A stretch of 64,000 nt of DNA. It comes from the human T2T-CHM13v2.0 reference genome, Homo sapiens. Position 1 is the first letter of the stretch. Every line of letters starts with the position of its first letter. The stretch is from the NCBI RefSeq assembly GCF_009914755.1, contig NC_060926.1; one strand, 5' to 3'. The notes beneath the pieces are model-generated. The model worked only from the letters and a program-made list of their open reading frames with translations, did not search any database and had not been told where the DNA came from. Shown piece by piece: positions 40,521 to 55,968 of the stretch. A program made the translations under genes and the position numbers.

Positions 40521-41109
40521 AGAGTGATATAAACATCCTAATCTTTCAAACTTTGCTTACATTTCTTAATAATTTTTTGGGGGGCAGGCAGATGGCTTTC
40601 TTTTTTTCATAGTTACATACAGACACATCACAATGACTCTAATAATCCCCATCAGGAATGTGGCTCAAAAAAATAAATTCCATTAAATTTGACATATATT
40701 GATTGAGTACTTATTATGCATAGGACTCAGGATGAGTTTCCAAGGGTTGTAAAGATCAACCCAAAATTATAGGAAACAACATCCATTACATCTAAATTAC
40801 TTATATTTATATTTAGGGAATTAAAATACACTAAGTAACATTTTTAGAGTTGATTGTTCATCTAGAGTTGACCTACTTAAGGAATTCTTTAAAAGATATT
40901 GATGAGCAAAGTATAAACCCAGCACTGTCAGGTCAAATATTGTTTTTTTTTCTCTTTAGGATGAAAATTCAACTGAAGTATCCTCTAAACTTAGGGATAT
41001 AAGCAGCAGTTGGGCTAGATGATCAGTTTTGCAAATAACAAAATACAAGAAGATCATTGGGAACAACCAGTCTCTTTTTCTCAGTTTATGTATTTATTGT
41101 AGAAAAGTC

Positions 41110-41280
41110 TCACTTCCTGGTTCCCAAAATGGACATTTGAGCCTAGCCCAGGCAATTAGGATATGCCAATGACCTGGCCACTCTAATGAGCTCAGTATTG
41201 GGCACATGACACAAACCAGCCAGTGAGAGTCACTCTTGAGAGTCTAACCTAAACTATCTGGAAAAAGCCACACTTTTAAA
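41110..41280 (+). mobile_element. MLT1K/L-like LTR fragment
   Basis: 'cctggccac...tgggcacatgacacaaaccagccagtgagagtc'. Confidence 0.45.
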
Positions 41281-42059
41281 ACTTATTTGTTTGTTTTGTT
41301 ACCTGTGTTACAATATAAGCCTTAAACAAAAAGTGACCTTGGTCTCTTTTCTTGTGGTAGACTACAGTGGGGGTTCAAGACAGCAAGAATAGTTGAGTCA
41401 AAGAAAAAGTGTAAAAACGTACATGTCATGCCCCTTTTGGAGAACCCACACCCCTGACTTTTGTTGCCCTCCATCAGGATGTTCACCTAAGAAAGGGAAA
41501 TATCTTTTGTAGGGTAGAATGGCTGTAAGTTAATAGACTTCTCCCAGTTGCGTTTGTATTTTAAGTCTCACCTCTGATAGTTGAAAGTGCTGCTCCTATT
41601 AAACAGCTTTAGGTGTGAGAAAGTGGTCAAAGAAAGGGTTAAGAGTGCACTCCAAATTTGGGAAGACCAATGAAGGTGTCCTTGAGTCCGTGAAATCATC
41701 TCAAGTTCGACATCATTTCTGTAGGTAACCTGGAAATCCAAATTTAAGAGATTTGAACAAGAGCAAGACTCTCCTGTATCTACTTCAACCTCTTGCAGAC
41801 ATTGATTCCAGCTTAGCTATGCAGGGCAGGTCTTACTGGAGGAGAAAGATATTTTGCTTTGTTTTATTTTGGCATGTGATTCATTTGTGCCAGTATATTC
41901 AGGATTCTGGTATGTTCTAAATCAGACTCTGTAATCTTGATGTCCCAGAAGAAGTTTCTTTTATGTGGCTGTCTAGGAAACAATTAGCTTTCAATCACAT
42001 GTTTCAAAAATGTGTGCAGCATGCTGTACAGGTTGTGGGAAGATTATAAACTAGAAGAC

Positions 42060-43648
<1,589 letters not shown>

Positions 43649-43774
43649 TCATGAGGAGGCTTTCCATATTTGTGCATAAAAGCATCTTTTTAGACAGATG
43701 TTGGATCCCTTACAGTTATTTGTATTTCATATTATATTGGAATTACTCATTCTTTTCTATATATGTTTATTGGT

Positions 43775-43833
43775 ATGTATATGTATATATAGATGTGCTA
43801 TATATGTATACACGTGTGTGTGTGTGTGTGTGT
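43775..43833. repeat. (TA/TG)n microsatellite
   Basis: Directly visible. Confidence 0.85.
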
Positions 43834-45134
43834 ATTTGAGCTCAAGGTGACATTTCAGGAAGATTAAAAGAAACTGAAACAAAACACTTATTATTAAAAT
43901 GTCTGAACTTTGGACCCAGAATAAATTAAATATTGGAGTCTCCTATGTATCTGTCTGTCTATCTATCCATCTAATTGCTAGTTGTACTGGAGAGTAAATA
44001 AATCAAGAAATTTTATAGAATATTTTGTAACTGCATATCACCAGCATAATAGGCCCCATTCATAAATGGAATTTGTGGAGTTGGACTAAACATCTGTTCG
44101 TTCCTTGTCACATTCGTTTCACTACTTGTGGGTGCTACAAAGGTGAGTTATAATGGAATGAGGAAGACCTGAAGGGTATGAGAAAATAAAGCATAATTAA
44201 ATAAATTATAAAAATGAACAAAGTAGAGGGGTGGGCACCCCATTTTCACAATACTGTGTAAGTTGAACTTTTTGAGGAGGAGAGCATTTTGAGGAGAAGA
44301 AGAGCAAGAGGTCATCATGAAGATCTTTATACCCAAATAGTTTTCTCTTTAGTTTACAATTTCTGTGTGGAAAAGGGAAGCACCATCATCTGTCTGAGGA
44401 CGTTGCATGGAAGTAGAATGTCTAGAAACATTAAAGGCTTTCACCTCTTTTATTTCCATGTAATTTTTTCTCTAAATGTTAAAAGACAAATCTCCATACT
44501 AATACATGCAAACAGGCAATTGGAAGTTATTTCTTTCTCTGATTTTCTTTTTTTAAGTCCATTTTGACCACCTTTAAGCTGAAAAATGAAAAAGAAGCAG
44601 GTAATAGTTTAATTTATTATTAGAAGAAATTGCTCTCTGGTCTTTCAGGTTTACTTCTATGTAAGTTGTAAGTAGAAAACCATCTAACATATATTTTACT
44701 TGGTAAGCTATTCTAAATGATCAGCAAATACCTTCTCATCATCTAAAAGAAGCCATTTAAAACATTCTTATTCTGATAAAAGAAAATTATAACCTATGAG
44801 ACCATAGAAACTAAAGTGGTGCTTAAGTTGCAATAGACACGTATAATAAAGAAAGACATGTTTAATTAGCACATGTTTCTTTGATTTTCCTCTTTTGATT
44901 ATTAATAGATACAGATTCTGTTTTTGTACATTGCTGTAAACCCAAGTCCTAGTCAACTAATAAAAGAAAAAGGTAGACTATAAACTGTATGAAAGATTTG
45001 AATTCAAATACTTTTTGATATCTTTTGATTTGAATCATTAATGTGCATAAATCAAACGCTTACTCAGAACTTAGAAGAGGGTTTGTTCTGTTGTTTTTGT
45101 TAAAGAAACATAATGTTATCTATATATTTTTTTA

Positions 45135-46525
45135 GCTTATTTATTTATTTCTATTAAATAAAAATATTTACTGTGTTTCTCATATGCCAACCACTATTTT
45201 AACTGCTGGGGACATAAACAAAACAGATAGTTATTGACATCATGAATTTAACTTCTGGAATGGCTAGAGAGGCAATAAACAACAACAAATCATAAATATA
45301 TACTTGGTTGGTTGGGTGGATTTTAATAAATCCAATGGGAAAAACTAAAGTGAAATAAGAAAAGGAAGTTCCAGGTTCAGGGTCAGGTAGTCATTGGGCC
45401 ACTTTATAAGGATCATCAAGCAGGACCTCATTGAGGTGACATTTAAACAGAGAACTGTAGAAAACAAGGGAGGGAACCAGATAGATATCTGGGGGCAAAA
45501 TGGCAGGAGAAAGAACAATAAGTAAAAGGGCATTGAAGTGGAGATTTCTGGGAAGATCAAGGAACAGGAAAGAGACAAGTGTTTCTGGAGCAGGCTCAGA
45601 GTCCACATAGCAAGTGAAATCAGAATTATAATAGTATAAAACCACATAGGACATTGTAAGGGTGTTGGATTTTACACTGATTGAGAAGTACACTACTGAA
45701 AAGTTTTAAAACAATAAGTAACATTACCTGATTAATTTTCATCCTGACTACTTTCAAACTAGGCTATAGGGAACAATGGTTGCAATAAGCTCAATTTAGA
45801 AGACCTTCGCAAATATGTAGGCAAAGAATAATGATGGGTTAGACCAAGGTGGTATAGTAATGGACATAATGAGAAATGGTTGGCCTTTGACTATTTAAAG
45901 TTAAAGAGAATAGGATTTGCTGCTGGATGAGTGTTGAATGTGAGAGAAAGAAAGGGTTAGGAAAACATGCATATATTTTAGCCTAAGCAACTGAAAAATA
46001 AAAATGAATTGCCCTTTACTAAGTTGAGAACCACTATAGAGAGAGCAACTTTGAGATAGGTGAACAGGGATAAGAAGTCTGACTTTATTTATGTTAGATT
46101 TGAGATGCCTTATCAAAACTCATATGAGCATGTTAGGCAGAGAGTTGAATATATAAGACTGAAGTTCAGAACAGCTATTACTAGTGGAGTTTTCAGCTCC
46201 TTATGAAGTATTTAAAGCCATAGGATTAGATAAAATCACGTGTAAAAAGTGGGTAGATAAAAGCAAAAAAAAAAAAAAAGAGAAGAGTCTAAGGTTTGAG
46301 TCTTGGAGACTTTGTTGAGTTTGAGTAGATGAGAAAGAATTAGCAAAGGAGACTGAGAAGATGTAAACGTCAGACAAGATGACCTCAAGAAGACATAATG
46401 TCCTGGAAGCCGTGTGTGGAGGGTATTGTTAAATTGAGGCAATAATTGGCCATGTGTCAAAATACTGCTGATAGTTCTGTTCAAGTTAGGAACAGAGAAC
46501 TAATCATTGGATTTAGTAATATGGA
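45135..46525 (-). mobile_element. L2a LINE fragment
   Basis: 'aaatatttactg...tatgcca', 'gaggtgacatttaaacagaga', 'ggacattgtaagg', 'atgttagatttgagatgcct', 'atttaaagccat', 'cattggatttag'. Confidence 0.85.
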
Positions 46526-46657
46526 AAGTCAAAGTAAACTACTTAGAAGTTTGTTTACAGGAAGAGTATCTAAAATGCATTTATTCCATATAATATAAAT
46601 ATGGAAGAAATATAAATACATAGATTATGTATATAATTTATACATTTCCTAATAAAT

Positions 46658-46712
46658 TCTGAGCACTTAGATCAGTGTCTGGCACATAGGAGATGTTCAA
46701 TAAACATTTGGC
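46658..46712 (+). mobile_element. L2 3' terminus
   Basis: 'agcacttagatcagtgtctggcacataggagatgttcaataaacatttg'. Confidence 0.65.
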
Positions 46713-47384
46713 TTTTTAAATTTTAATGTATCAGATCAGGAAGAATTGGTAAAAGAAAATAAAGGTGGGGAAAAGAATAAAATTATCTTCACTGTGTTTT
46801 TATATAAAGCCAGTATTGGCTTTAAATAAATGGGTGTACTTTACAGTATACATATATACTCTGCTTTTTCATTTTTATAGAAATAATAATTGATTTTCCA
46901 GAAAAAGAAAAATATGTTCTATGGGAAGTCATAGAATCCTAGAAACTAACATTACTATGCAAAATTCTTGAGTGACTGTTTTTTAGATATATGACAATGT
47001 CAATGCTTTGATCATTTGTCATTAAATGATAAAAATGGATTCCTTCAATAAAAAGTTTGAAACTAATATTTGTAGTTATGGTTGCACAGGTAATTTATTT
47101 ATTCAAAGTCTTCACTTTGCAATGTTAAAAAAGAAAGAAGGCTAAAAAGAGGAAAATGCCTGTTATCTTACTCAAATTCTGTAAAAACGAAGAATATCCA
47201 GAAATTATTACTTAAATACTATGAACTCTTGGTGTAAAGCACACATATGCTTAGAGGAAGATTAAATTAGAAAGCTTGTAGTTTTAAAAACCAGACTTGG
47301 TCATTCTGTCTTTCATTTATTTAATAATCATTGAGCACCTAGGATGTGAAAAGTATAATTCAGGATATCAAAGGCAAAGTCTCA

Positions 47385-47905
47385 GTAGCAAAGTCTACAA
47401 GTTGCCTGTATCATCTGCTGTTCTTCCTTGCTACAAAAACCTTTAATTTCTTAAGGGGGAAAATATGTCCAGTCCGCAATACTCACCATTCCAAACTCTC
47501 TTGCAATAAAGGTGAGGTATGCCATGTAATTCTCACGGTAATGTAAGTGGAGGTAAGATGTAAGTGAAGTTTTCTAGGTATTTTAGAGAAATCTGTTGCC
47601 AAGCCCAAAACCTTCTTCCTTTTCTTCCTTTCTTTCTTTCTTTTTTTTTTTTTTTTTAAGTCAGGTCTGTCAATGTGATACCTGGAGGTGGATGGGAGAT
47701 CTGGAGGGGAAGAAGTGGCTGGCTGAGCAATCAGGTTGAGGCTGGGGACCTACACACAGGGGGAGTGGGTCAATTCCCTGTTGGGGTTGGGATGTAGTAC
47801 TCCCCCTGGACTCCCTACTCCTGGAATTCTGGTTTCCTGAGAAAAATAAACCCTTTACCTGTATCAGTTTTCATTTACCAGATTTAATGATTTAAGCATA
47901 TTCTG
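47385..47905 (+). mobile_element. old ERV-L/MaLR LTR (LTR33/MLT1-like) inserted in L2
   Basis: 'gatgtaagtgaag', 'atgtgatacctggagg', 'ctggactccctactcctgga...gagaaaaataaaccc'. Confidence 0.5.
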
Positions 47906-47914
47906 TCCCAAACA

Positions 47915-48480
47915 CTGTCACAATGTAGTGGGGGAAAATGCAGGTGAATATGTAATTATGCTTCAAGGTTATAATATGAATAAAAGAAGTCAGCACAAAC
48001 ATGAAATAGCACAGAAGGAGTGAACAACTGTGCCTGGTGGGCATGAAAAAACATGTAACTTAATTGTCATTTAAACAAAGCCTTACAGCATGAGTATCAT
48101 TAACCTGAAAAAGGCAGGAAAGGGCATTCTTGGCACGGAAAACAGCAAAACACAAAAGGATGGAGTTTTAAAACAAAAAGGTGTGTTGCATACTTTATTC
48201 TGGCGTGTCTGTGGTAAAAGTTGGTTATTATTAAGAATTCAGGCAAGAAGGGAGGCAAATGCAGGAAGATGAGGGGTCTTAGTTGGCCTATGTTATGGTG
48301 GTTGGGCTTTGGAGGAAGTGGGAAATCATGAGAAGATTGTAAGCAGGGACTGACATTATCAATTTGTGTTTTAGATAGAGCTGGCAGCAATGTGGAGTAT
48401 GAAACATAAGTGCCATCTCCCTTTCTTCCACACCAACCAAAAAGATATTGAATAAAATCCAAATATGCGGAAATGAAGGG
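47915..48480 (-). mobile_element. L2 LINE relic
   Basis: 'ggaaagggcattcttggcacggaaaacagca', 'ttgtaagcagggactgacattatcaatttgtgttttaga...ctggcagcaatgtgga'. Confidence 0.65.
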
Positions 48481-49869
48481 ATAAATACTGTCGTCAAGTA
48501 TATGAAACATTTATGAGAAGGATGCTCAGCAGTTGTTCTGAGTGTCTGTGACAGACCAAACACAAAGGAATACACTCGAATAAAAGCAGTAGAGAGTTGA
48601 GTTGGACCTTTAGCAAAAACATCTCAATTGAGGGCTGCCCTGGAAAGGGATACTACCAGAATGGGCTGATATGGGCAACTGGAAAGTTTCCCTCCTTATA
48701 AAGCTGAGAGAAATAAAAAGAGCTATCAACTCTGAAGGATTTTTAGATATTCACTTCCCTGAGAGTAAGGAGCATGGTAAACTATGCTTTGGATGCACTT
48801 CAGCTTAATTGTGTTATGGTCCCTAAAGTCTTGACGTGAAATATCCCATCTACCACCACCCCCAACAAAAACCCTCAGCTACTTAGAATTTAGGGAAATA
48901 AAATGCTGATTGGTTGCATTCATGACTACTTACAAATATCACTAAATGTTTATTTATACTAAGAGAAATCAACATTTATCAACAAAAATATATCCCAAAT
49001 TACTATGGGAACTATTGTGAGGAATAAGTCCCACAATAGTTCCCATAGTAATTTGGGATACGTATTTTTTCTTCCTGCATTATGCCTTTCTATTATACTT
49101 GCTAAAAGAGTTCTATGCTCTAATAGATTTGGTAAATAGGGTGACAAAAAGTTAAACAAATTTGTTCATTGCAAAACACCTAAAAGTCTTCAATGTTCAT
49201 TATGAATGTGTAATAATTGTATCCAATATTTTATTTAAGCGGATGATAAAATATTCTCTGATCCAAATGTATTTGACCATGGAACTCCATTTTTATAAAT
49301 GCAGCTATAAGCTATTTAGAAAAATACGCTTTATATAAAATGATATTTACAGATCTGAAAAATACTTGATAATAGGAACTTTAGTTTCTTTAGTTATGAA
49401 AAAAGGCACAAAACTAACATATGTTGAGTAATATTCTATACATTTTTCACTTAATTCCCTCTATATTATAGTATATTATCTCATTAAAATAAGGGAGATT
49501 ATTTTCTCATTATCTTACTTCTAATAAATAACTGTAAATTACTTTGCTGCTGGGGTTATTATGGAATTTATCTTTCAAGCTAAGATCTATTTATGAGCAA
49601 AATGGGGTGCTAAAGGTATAAAATTATAATTTTATAAATATTAATTCATTAAAATTAATTTCTATATTTGGTAGACATACGTGGTTCTATTTAAAACTAT
49701 TAAGGGAATAATATTTTCAAATGGCAAATCAGATAGGATGCTGGGAAAGCAGGTATAAAATGGGATAATCATGGGCGAGATGGAATATCTAGTCAAATTA
49801 ATTGAAGGCCTTTGACAAATGAGTTCAATCTTCCTATCAACTTTGCCTTTCATTCTTCCATACAACATT

Positions 49870-50297
49870 CTTCCACATCAGTTAAACTGGATTCCTTGGG
49901 CTCCCCAGTGGAGATCATTGGTCTTCTCACTTTCATTAATGTCTTTCTCTCTGCCTGATTTTTTTTAACAAAACAAAACTCTAATTCTTTCATGCACAAT
50001 GCAAATGCTACCTTCTTGACATCTTTCCTTTACCCATAGCCCCTACTAGTAATTGAGATCTCTTCTAAAATTTGCTGCTATTACTTTTAGCACCTAACAG
50101 CACTCATCCCATTGGCGTTCTACTGCAGGTATTAATAGAATTATTTTAAGTTCTATGTTAAATCAAGGACTGCTTGAGAATAAAAACGTTTATGCATTTG
50201 GTATATCAAGGTATTTTGTATCACATATGTTCTTTTGTATTCTAGGTGCTAGATAAATATTTGATTTTGAAAGTTTATGGATGAATGAATGAATGAA
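49870..50297 (+). mobile_element. L2 3' fragment with (tgaa)n tail
   Basis: 'caaatgctaccttc', 'aggtgctagataaatatttg', 'atgaatgaatgaatgaat'. Confidence 0.5.
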
Positions 50298-52289
50298 TTC
50301 TGGATTTCAAATGAATATTAGAACTAGATTTTGCCTTATTATTGATTTTTACTATTTACATTCTTTAGGTGTTAGCTCATAGCTGAGGTAAAGAATGGAC
50401 AAGTTAAGAAACAGTTAAAAAAAAGATGAACTGAATAAGATATATATGTTATAGACCATTGTCATATTTATGTAAGTCCAAACATTCATGACAAAATTAA
50501 AAAATAAAAATCCACTCTCTGGACATTGACTTTACGTAAAATGCCTATCATAAGAGATCTATTTCTTCTCATTTTTTGGTTTGCTTGTTTACTTTTGTAT
50601 TATTGCTGTTAAATTGACTCAATCTAGAGTTTAAAACCCAGCAGCATTCATAAGATCTACAGTTTGTAGATACAACCTGGTGGTTTTGCATCTACATATT
50701 CTCTAAACACATACTTCTTCAGTGATCACTATGTCTACATGGATCTTTCAAACCAGTCATGGAGACAGACATTGACCAAATGATCACAGTAATACATGTA
50801 AAAGAGCTACTATGTTTAAAATAAAAATGTAGTAAAGTGAGAGCATATCAGAACACATTTAACCTAGTGAGAGAGGACAAGTCAAATTTTCCTCAAGCAA
50901 TTATAAACATTTAAGATCTGAAGAAATAGCAAGCATTAACAAGCAGAGATTTAAGAAAGAGTATCCTGTCTGGGGAAACAGCATGTGCTCTATGATGATT
51001 AGGAGTGTTCAGAGTTTAAAAAACTGACAAAAGCGAAATAAGGATGGGACGTTAGAAGAGCCTTCAGGGCCATAGTACTTCTTTGGGCCTCTCAAAGCGG
51101 TGAAGTCAACCATTCAAGTCAAGAATATAAAAGGGTCAAGCTTAGGGTAGTGTTTCTATAACATCACACTTTCTGAAGAGTGAAGTCATGTGTCATCCTT
51201 CAGTCCAAAATGGTGCCTTGCACTTAATAAGAACTATTTTTACACATGAAAATGAGGAGATAAATTTATGAAGTTTATTATATGAAATGTACAAATGAGT
51301 TGACATTTTTCCCCCTTTTCTCTCCATGGCAAACCCAATGGATTTCAGGAGCATAAAGAAAACACCTGCCATTTGTAATTTTCTTAAATGCTGAAATGTT
51401 GTAGGTTAGAAAGTACATAATGAGCATTTTTGGAGTTGACTTCTATTGAATAGATGATATTTTTCTGATGAACTCTCAATGTTTCTCCCTTTCACTCACT
51501 CCCATTCGCTTTTTCCACTCATAACGACCTCACTAAGGGCATAGCAAATACCCATTTCATTTAGTTTCCTGCCAGAAGCTTTCAGATTAAGTATTAGAAG
51601 GCAATCTTACCTTGTATGTGTCTACCATAGGCTGGGCACTGTGCTAGATGCCAGGGATATAGCAGAAAATACAATGATTTCCTTGTTTTCAAAAAGTGGT
51701 TTTTAAAGATGACAGAAACTGGCTTTAAACAAGTTAATAACAACAAAGATACTTTCCAACCATAAAAATGCTGTGGAGATAAAAATATAATAAAAACAAG
51801 GGTTTACTTCTTTGCGGGGATGACTTCCATAATTACAATGATTAGGGTCAAATAACAAGTGCAGTACTGAAATTTCTTCTTCTTGCCTCTGTTGAAAGAA
51901 CATAGCTCCAGACTTGCATTTCAATGTTCAGTGTAGGTTTTTAATTATTTTTATTTGGTTTGCGTTTTAGTGCTATCTATTCAAAATATGTAAGAGGCAT
52001 GAAATCCTCTAACATATAACAAAATAATATTAAAACTTTTTACTAGAAATGTGATATGTTTTCCCAATGAGGAGCACATGTTTCTAAAATGTCAAGTTTA
52101 AGTTAGACTATCTAGCTGGCTCGTCAGCCCCTGACAGTGCAGCTTTCAGGGTCACTTGGTCCTCTCATTAGGCTGCAATTTTTGAGGAATTATACTACTG
52201 CTGGATGAACTTCACAGTCAGGATGGATTAACTAGATCAGAGAAAGTAAGACTCACTCTAAATGCTAACTGAAATTGAAACTTTTCTCT

Positions 52290-52492
52290 GGGAGAAAGGA
52301 GAGAGTGAAAAAGAATGAGCAGGGGGAAAGAGAAAAAGTGGGAGGAGAAGAGACAGAAGACGAGCAAAAATAATTGAGAAAAGCAAGAGAGAGAAAGGAG
52401 AGAAGAAAAGCCAATGAGAGAACAGAGAGCGAGAACAAAGGAGAGAACACAGAGAGACAGCAAATGAAAGAACAAAGACAGGAGAGAGAGTA
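52290..52492. repeat. GA-rich low-complexity tract
   Basis: Strong purine bias on the + strand. Confidence 0.75.
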
Positions 52493-53104
52493 CACTCTCA
52501 TTTGAGAGGCAGCTAGCTGTGAGGAGTATGGAAGGTGTGTTGGGCTACTGCCCAGGGAGGACAGGTGCTTCTTCTCAGCATGATTGCCCAAAGGTTTCAG
52601 GACCTTACTCCCTCTACTTGTATTATCATGCTTCATGCAAAGTGGAGGAAAAACATTCTTTTGTGATTATTTATAACTCAAGTCAGGGACTTTTACCAAC
52701 AAGGCCATACTTAAGGGCAGGTTAAAGTCACAATGTTCTTTGTAGAGTGCACACTCAATCCGTGCCCTTGAGTGATCGACTAAACTGAAGATAGGGTCTA
52801 GAATTTTAACTATAGTCACCTCCACATCTACTGTGTTCATTGACAGTGGCTGGGATTTTACCAAAAATCTCATTTTGATTCTTCTTTCCTCTGGTCAAAA
52901 GTGAATAAATAAATAAATGAACAAACAAACAAAATAACAAATGAAACTGCTTTATAATGTGGTTTGACAAACAACAGTATCACCCTTCTCCTCAGGAACA
53001 TTATTTAGTTCCTCTTCACGAATCAATCTAGAGCCATTTCATCTTTCCATACTAAGCATACCTCTGGGGCTGTGCTGTTTAGAGTGATACAGATGAAGAT
53101 TATA

Positions 53105-53258
53105 GGATATGCAAGTTAGTCAACCTTTCTGGAACTCAATTTATTCAGCTATACAATAAGGATAATATAAGTACCTACCTCATAGGACTATTAGAAATAT
53201 TAAATAAGATGGTCTGTATGAAAATATCATATCACATATATAGTCAATGAATATTAGT
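53105..53258 (+). mobile_element. MIR
   Basis: 'caagttagtcaacctttctg...ctcaattt...ggataatataagtacctacctcatagg...attaaataagat'. Confidence 0.7.
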
Positions 53259-53449
53259 CTCTAGGCAGTTCTGGATTGGGCAGGCCATGGGGGTGTAGGA
53301 AGAAGTCAATAGAGTAAGAGCAAACATACAGTTGAGTTGGGCAGGTCAGTCTTAAATAGAAAATAAAATGTATATCTTTTGTATGCCAAGTTTGTGGAGT
53401 ATGTCACTTCATATATGGGCACCCAAGCGAATCAAGAGACTAAAAATAT

Positions 53450-53790
53450 TTATGGATGAAAAGAAGAGACATCCATAATGAAGACTGAGAAGGAGCTGAA
53501 AGAAAAGATAGTAGAAACATTAAGAAAGTCAAGAAAAAAAAGCATTGTAAGCGAGATACGTTAATAATGGCCAATGCTATCATATAAGAACTGAATGATG
53601 TCCCTTTGGTACACTGACAAGAACAGGATCATAGTAAACTTTGACAGAAGCTGTTGGAGTGGAGTGGTGAGGTGATAGTCTGCATTGCTTTGTTTTTAGA
53701 AATGGATAGGAAAAAAATGAATTGAAGATAATGAATAGAGAAAACATTTCAAAAGTTTGGCCATAAAGGAAAGGAGGAAAACAATCCATG
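53450..53790 (-). mobile_element. L2 relic
   Basis: 'aagactgagaaggagc', 'aagaactgaa...gtccctttgg', 'ctttgacagaagctgtt...gtggagtggtgagg'. Confidence 0.6.
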
Positions 53791-53848
53791 TTTGGAGAGA
53801 AAGTTGAAGTGATTTGTGGCCTACACAATGCAATGTGTGCTCCAAACC

Positions 53849-54339
53849 TGTGGTAAGCAGCAAAACAGACCATCAAGGAGGTCCACGCCCTAATCTCCTG
53901 GAACCTGTAAATATCTTACCTTACAGGAAGAAAGGGATTTCACAGGTGTGATTAAAGTTACAGGCCTTGAAAGGGGAGATTATCCTGGATTATCCAAGTG
54001 GATACATTCTAATTACATGAGTTCTTGAAAGCCGACTTTCCCTAGCTGTGGTCAGCAAGAGAAGGCTCAGAGAGATTCAGTGTCTCACTTTGAAGATGGA
54101 GAAAGGGAACCATAAACAAAGGAATACAGGTTGCCTCTAGAGGCTGGAAAAGGAAAGGTCATGGATTCTTACCTAAAGCATCCAGAAAATAACTCAACCC
54201 TGCCGACACGCTGATTTTAGACTAGTAAGACTCATGTTGGACGTCTGACTTACAAAGCAGGTATATAATTAAATTTGTGTTGTTTTAAGCCACTAAACCT
54301 GTAGTAATGTGTTATGGCAACCAGAGAAAACTAGTCCAC
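53849..54339 (+). mobile_element. MLT1D solo LTR
   Basis: 'tgtggtaagcag...gtccacgccctaatc..tggaacctgt', 'gggagattatcctggattatcc', 'ctttgaagatgga', 'tttgtgttgttttaagccact'. Confidence 0.88.
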
Positions 54340-54431
54340 AATCTATCTTTGCCTCTTGGCTCACAGCGTCTCTTCTAGTTAGGTGGTTCCATGTGATTAA
54401 ATTCTAGCAAATCCATAAAAAAGTGAGATCA

Positions 54432-54735
<304 letters not shown>

Positions 54736-55127
54736 TCAGTACCTCAGGACTGGTCCCTAAAATATCTCATGAGCTTCTTCACAGTCTTTCTTTTTCCTCG
54801 CTTGCTTCCAGTTGCGGAGAATTAAATGGTGTTCTTCCCAGACCTAGGAAGTGACATAATCACAGGATGGAAAGATCTCTGTGTAGAACTTTCTTGAGCT
54901 GAACTCTGTCATAATGAAAAATTAAACTTTATTGTATTAAGCACCCATATGGTGAAATTTGGGGGATATTTTTACAATAGGTATTATGCCTCTGAATAAT
55001 ACAATCTTTGTACTTTTAAAATGATTAGTAAGATTTGCTACATTTGAATGCTAATTAAATGAAGCCAGTGAAAAGGGCAACATTCAAAATAAAGACAGGA
55101 GTGAGTGAGAAGGAGAAGGCAGTAAAG

Positions 55128-55176
55128 TATTAAAAGTAATGGCAAAAACCGCAGTTACTTTTGCACCAACCTAATA
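55128..55176. mobile_element. MADE1 / Hsmar1 solo terminal inverted repeat
   Basis: 'aatggcaaaaaccgcagttacttttgcaccaacctaata' is the Hsmar1 TIR with one mismatch, followed by TA. Confidence 0.92.
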
Positions 55177-55600
55177 GTAGAGCTAGGATCTATAGCACAA
55201 GCAATGGGAATACTCTGGTAGGGGAAGCAAGAAAAAATTAAGTGTAAATGAGGGTAACTCTTAAAGTTGCAGTGTTAGAAAGTTTAGAAATAGTCTATTA
55301 CATCTGATAACTTTCAATTTTTCTCTGAAGTGGTAAAAACATTTGTTGGTGAGATGGAGAGCAGTTTGGTCAGAGATGGCACCGGAGTTTTTCTTTATAG
55401 GTTTTAATGGATTGTAAAATGACAAAACATAATGTTTGGCATAAGAATTACTAAGCTGATGAGCCATGTGCCATTTACCCATTCCAGAACATTTTCCAGC
55501 TTTCTCTGCAATGCTCTGAGCCTCAGGAGGTTGATGTCTATGGACTGCCTTATGTAGGCTCCCATAACCTTGATTTGAGTTTCCCAAATGAAGGCACCAT

Positions 55601-55610
55601 AAGAGAAAAA

Positions 55611-55686
<76 letters not shown>

Positions 55687-55717
55687 GGAGGGAGGGAGGG
55701 AAGGAGAGACAGTGAGA

Positions 55718-55769
<52 letters not shown>

Positions 55770-55788
55770 GAAGGAAGGAAGGAAGGAA

Positions 55789-55841
<53 letters not shown>

Positions 55842-55875
55842 GAGGGAGGGAGGGAAGGAGAGAGAGAAAGAGAGA

Positions 55876-55912
<37 letters not shown>

Positions 55913-55968
55913 AAAGAAAAGAAAGAAAGAAACAAAGAAAAAAGAAAGAAAGAGAAAGAAAAGAAAAG
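55601..55968. repeat. compound (GAAA)n/(GGAA)n/(GGAG)n polypurine microsatellite
   Basis: Directly visible, ~370 bp, almost all purine. Confidence 0.97.

Noticed and set aside
52218-52636. Hydrophobic, membrane-like ORFs
   Set aside because: Produced by the CT-rich strand of a GA low-complexity tract
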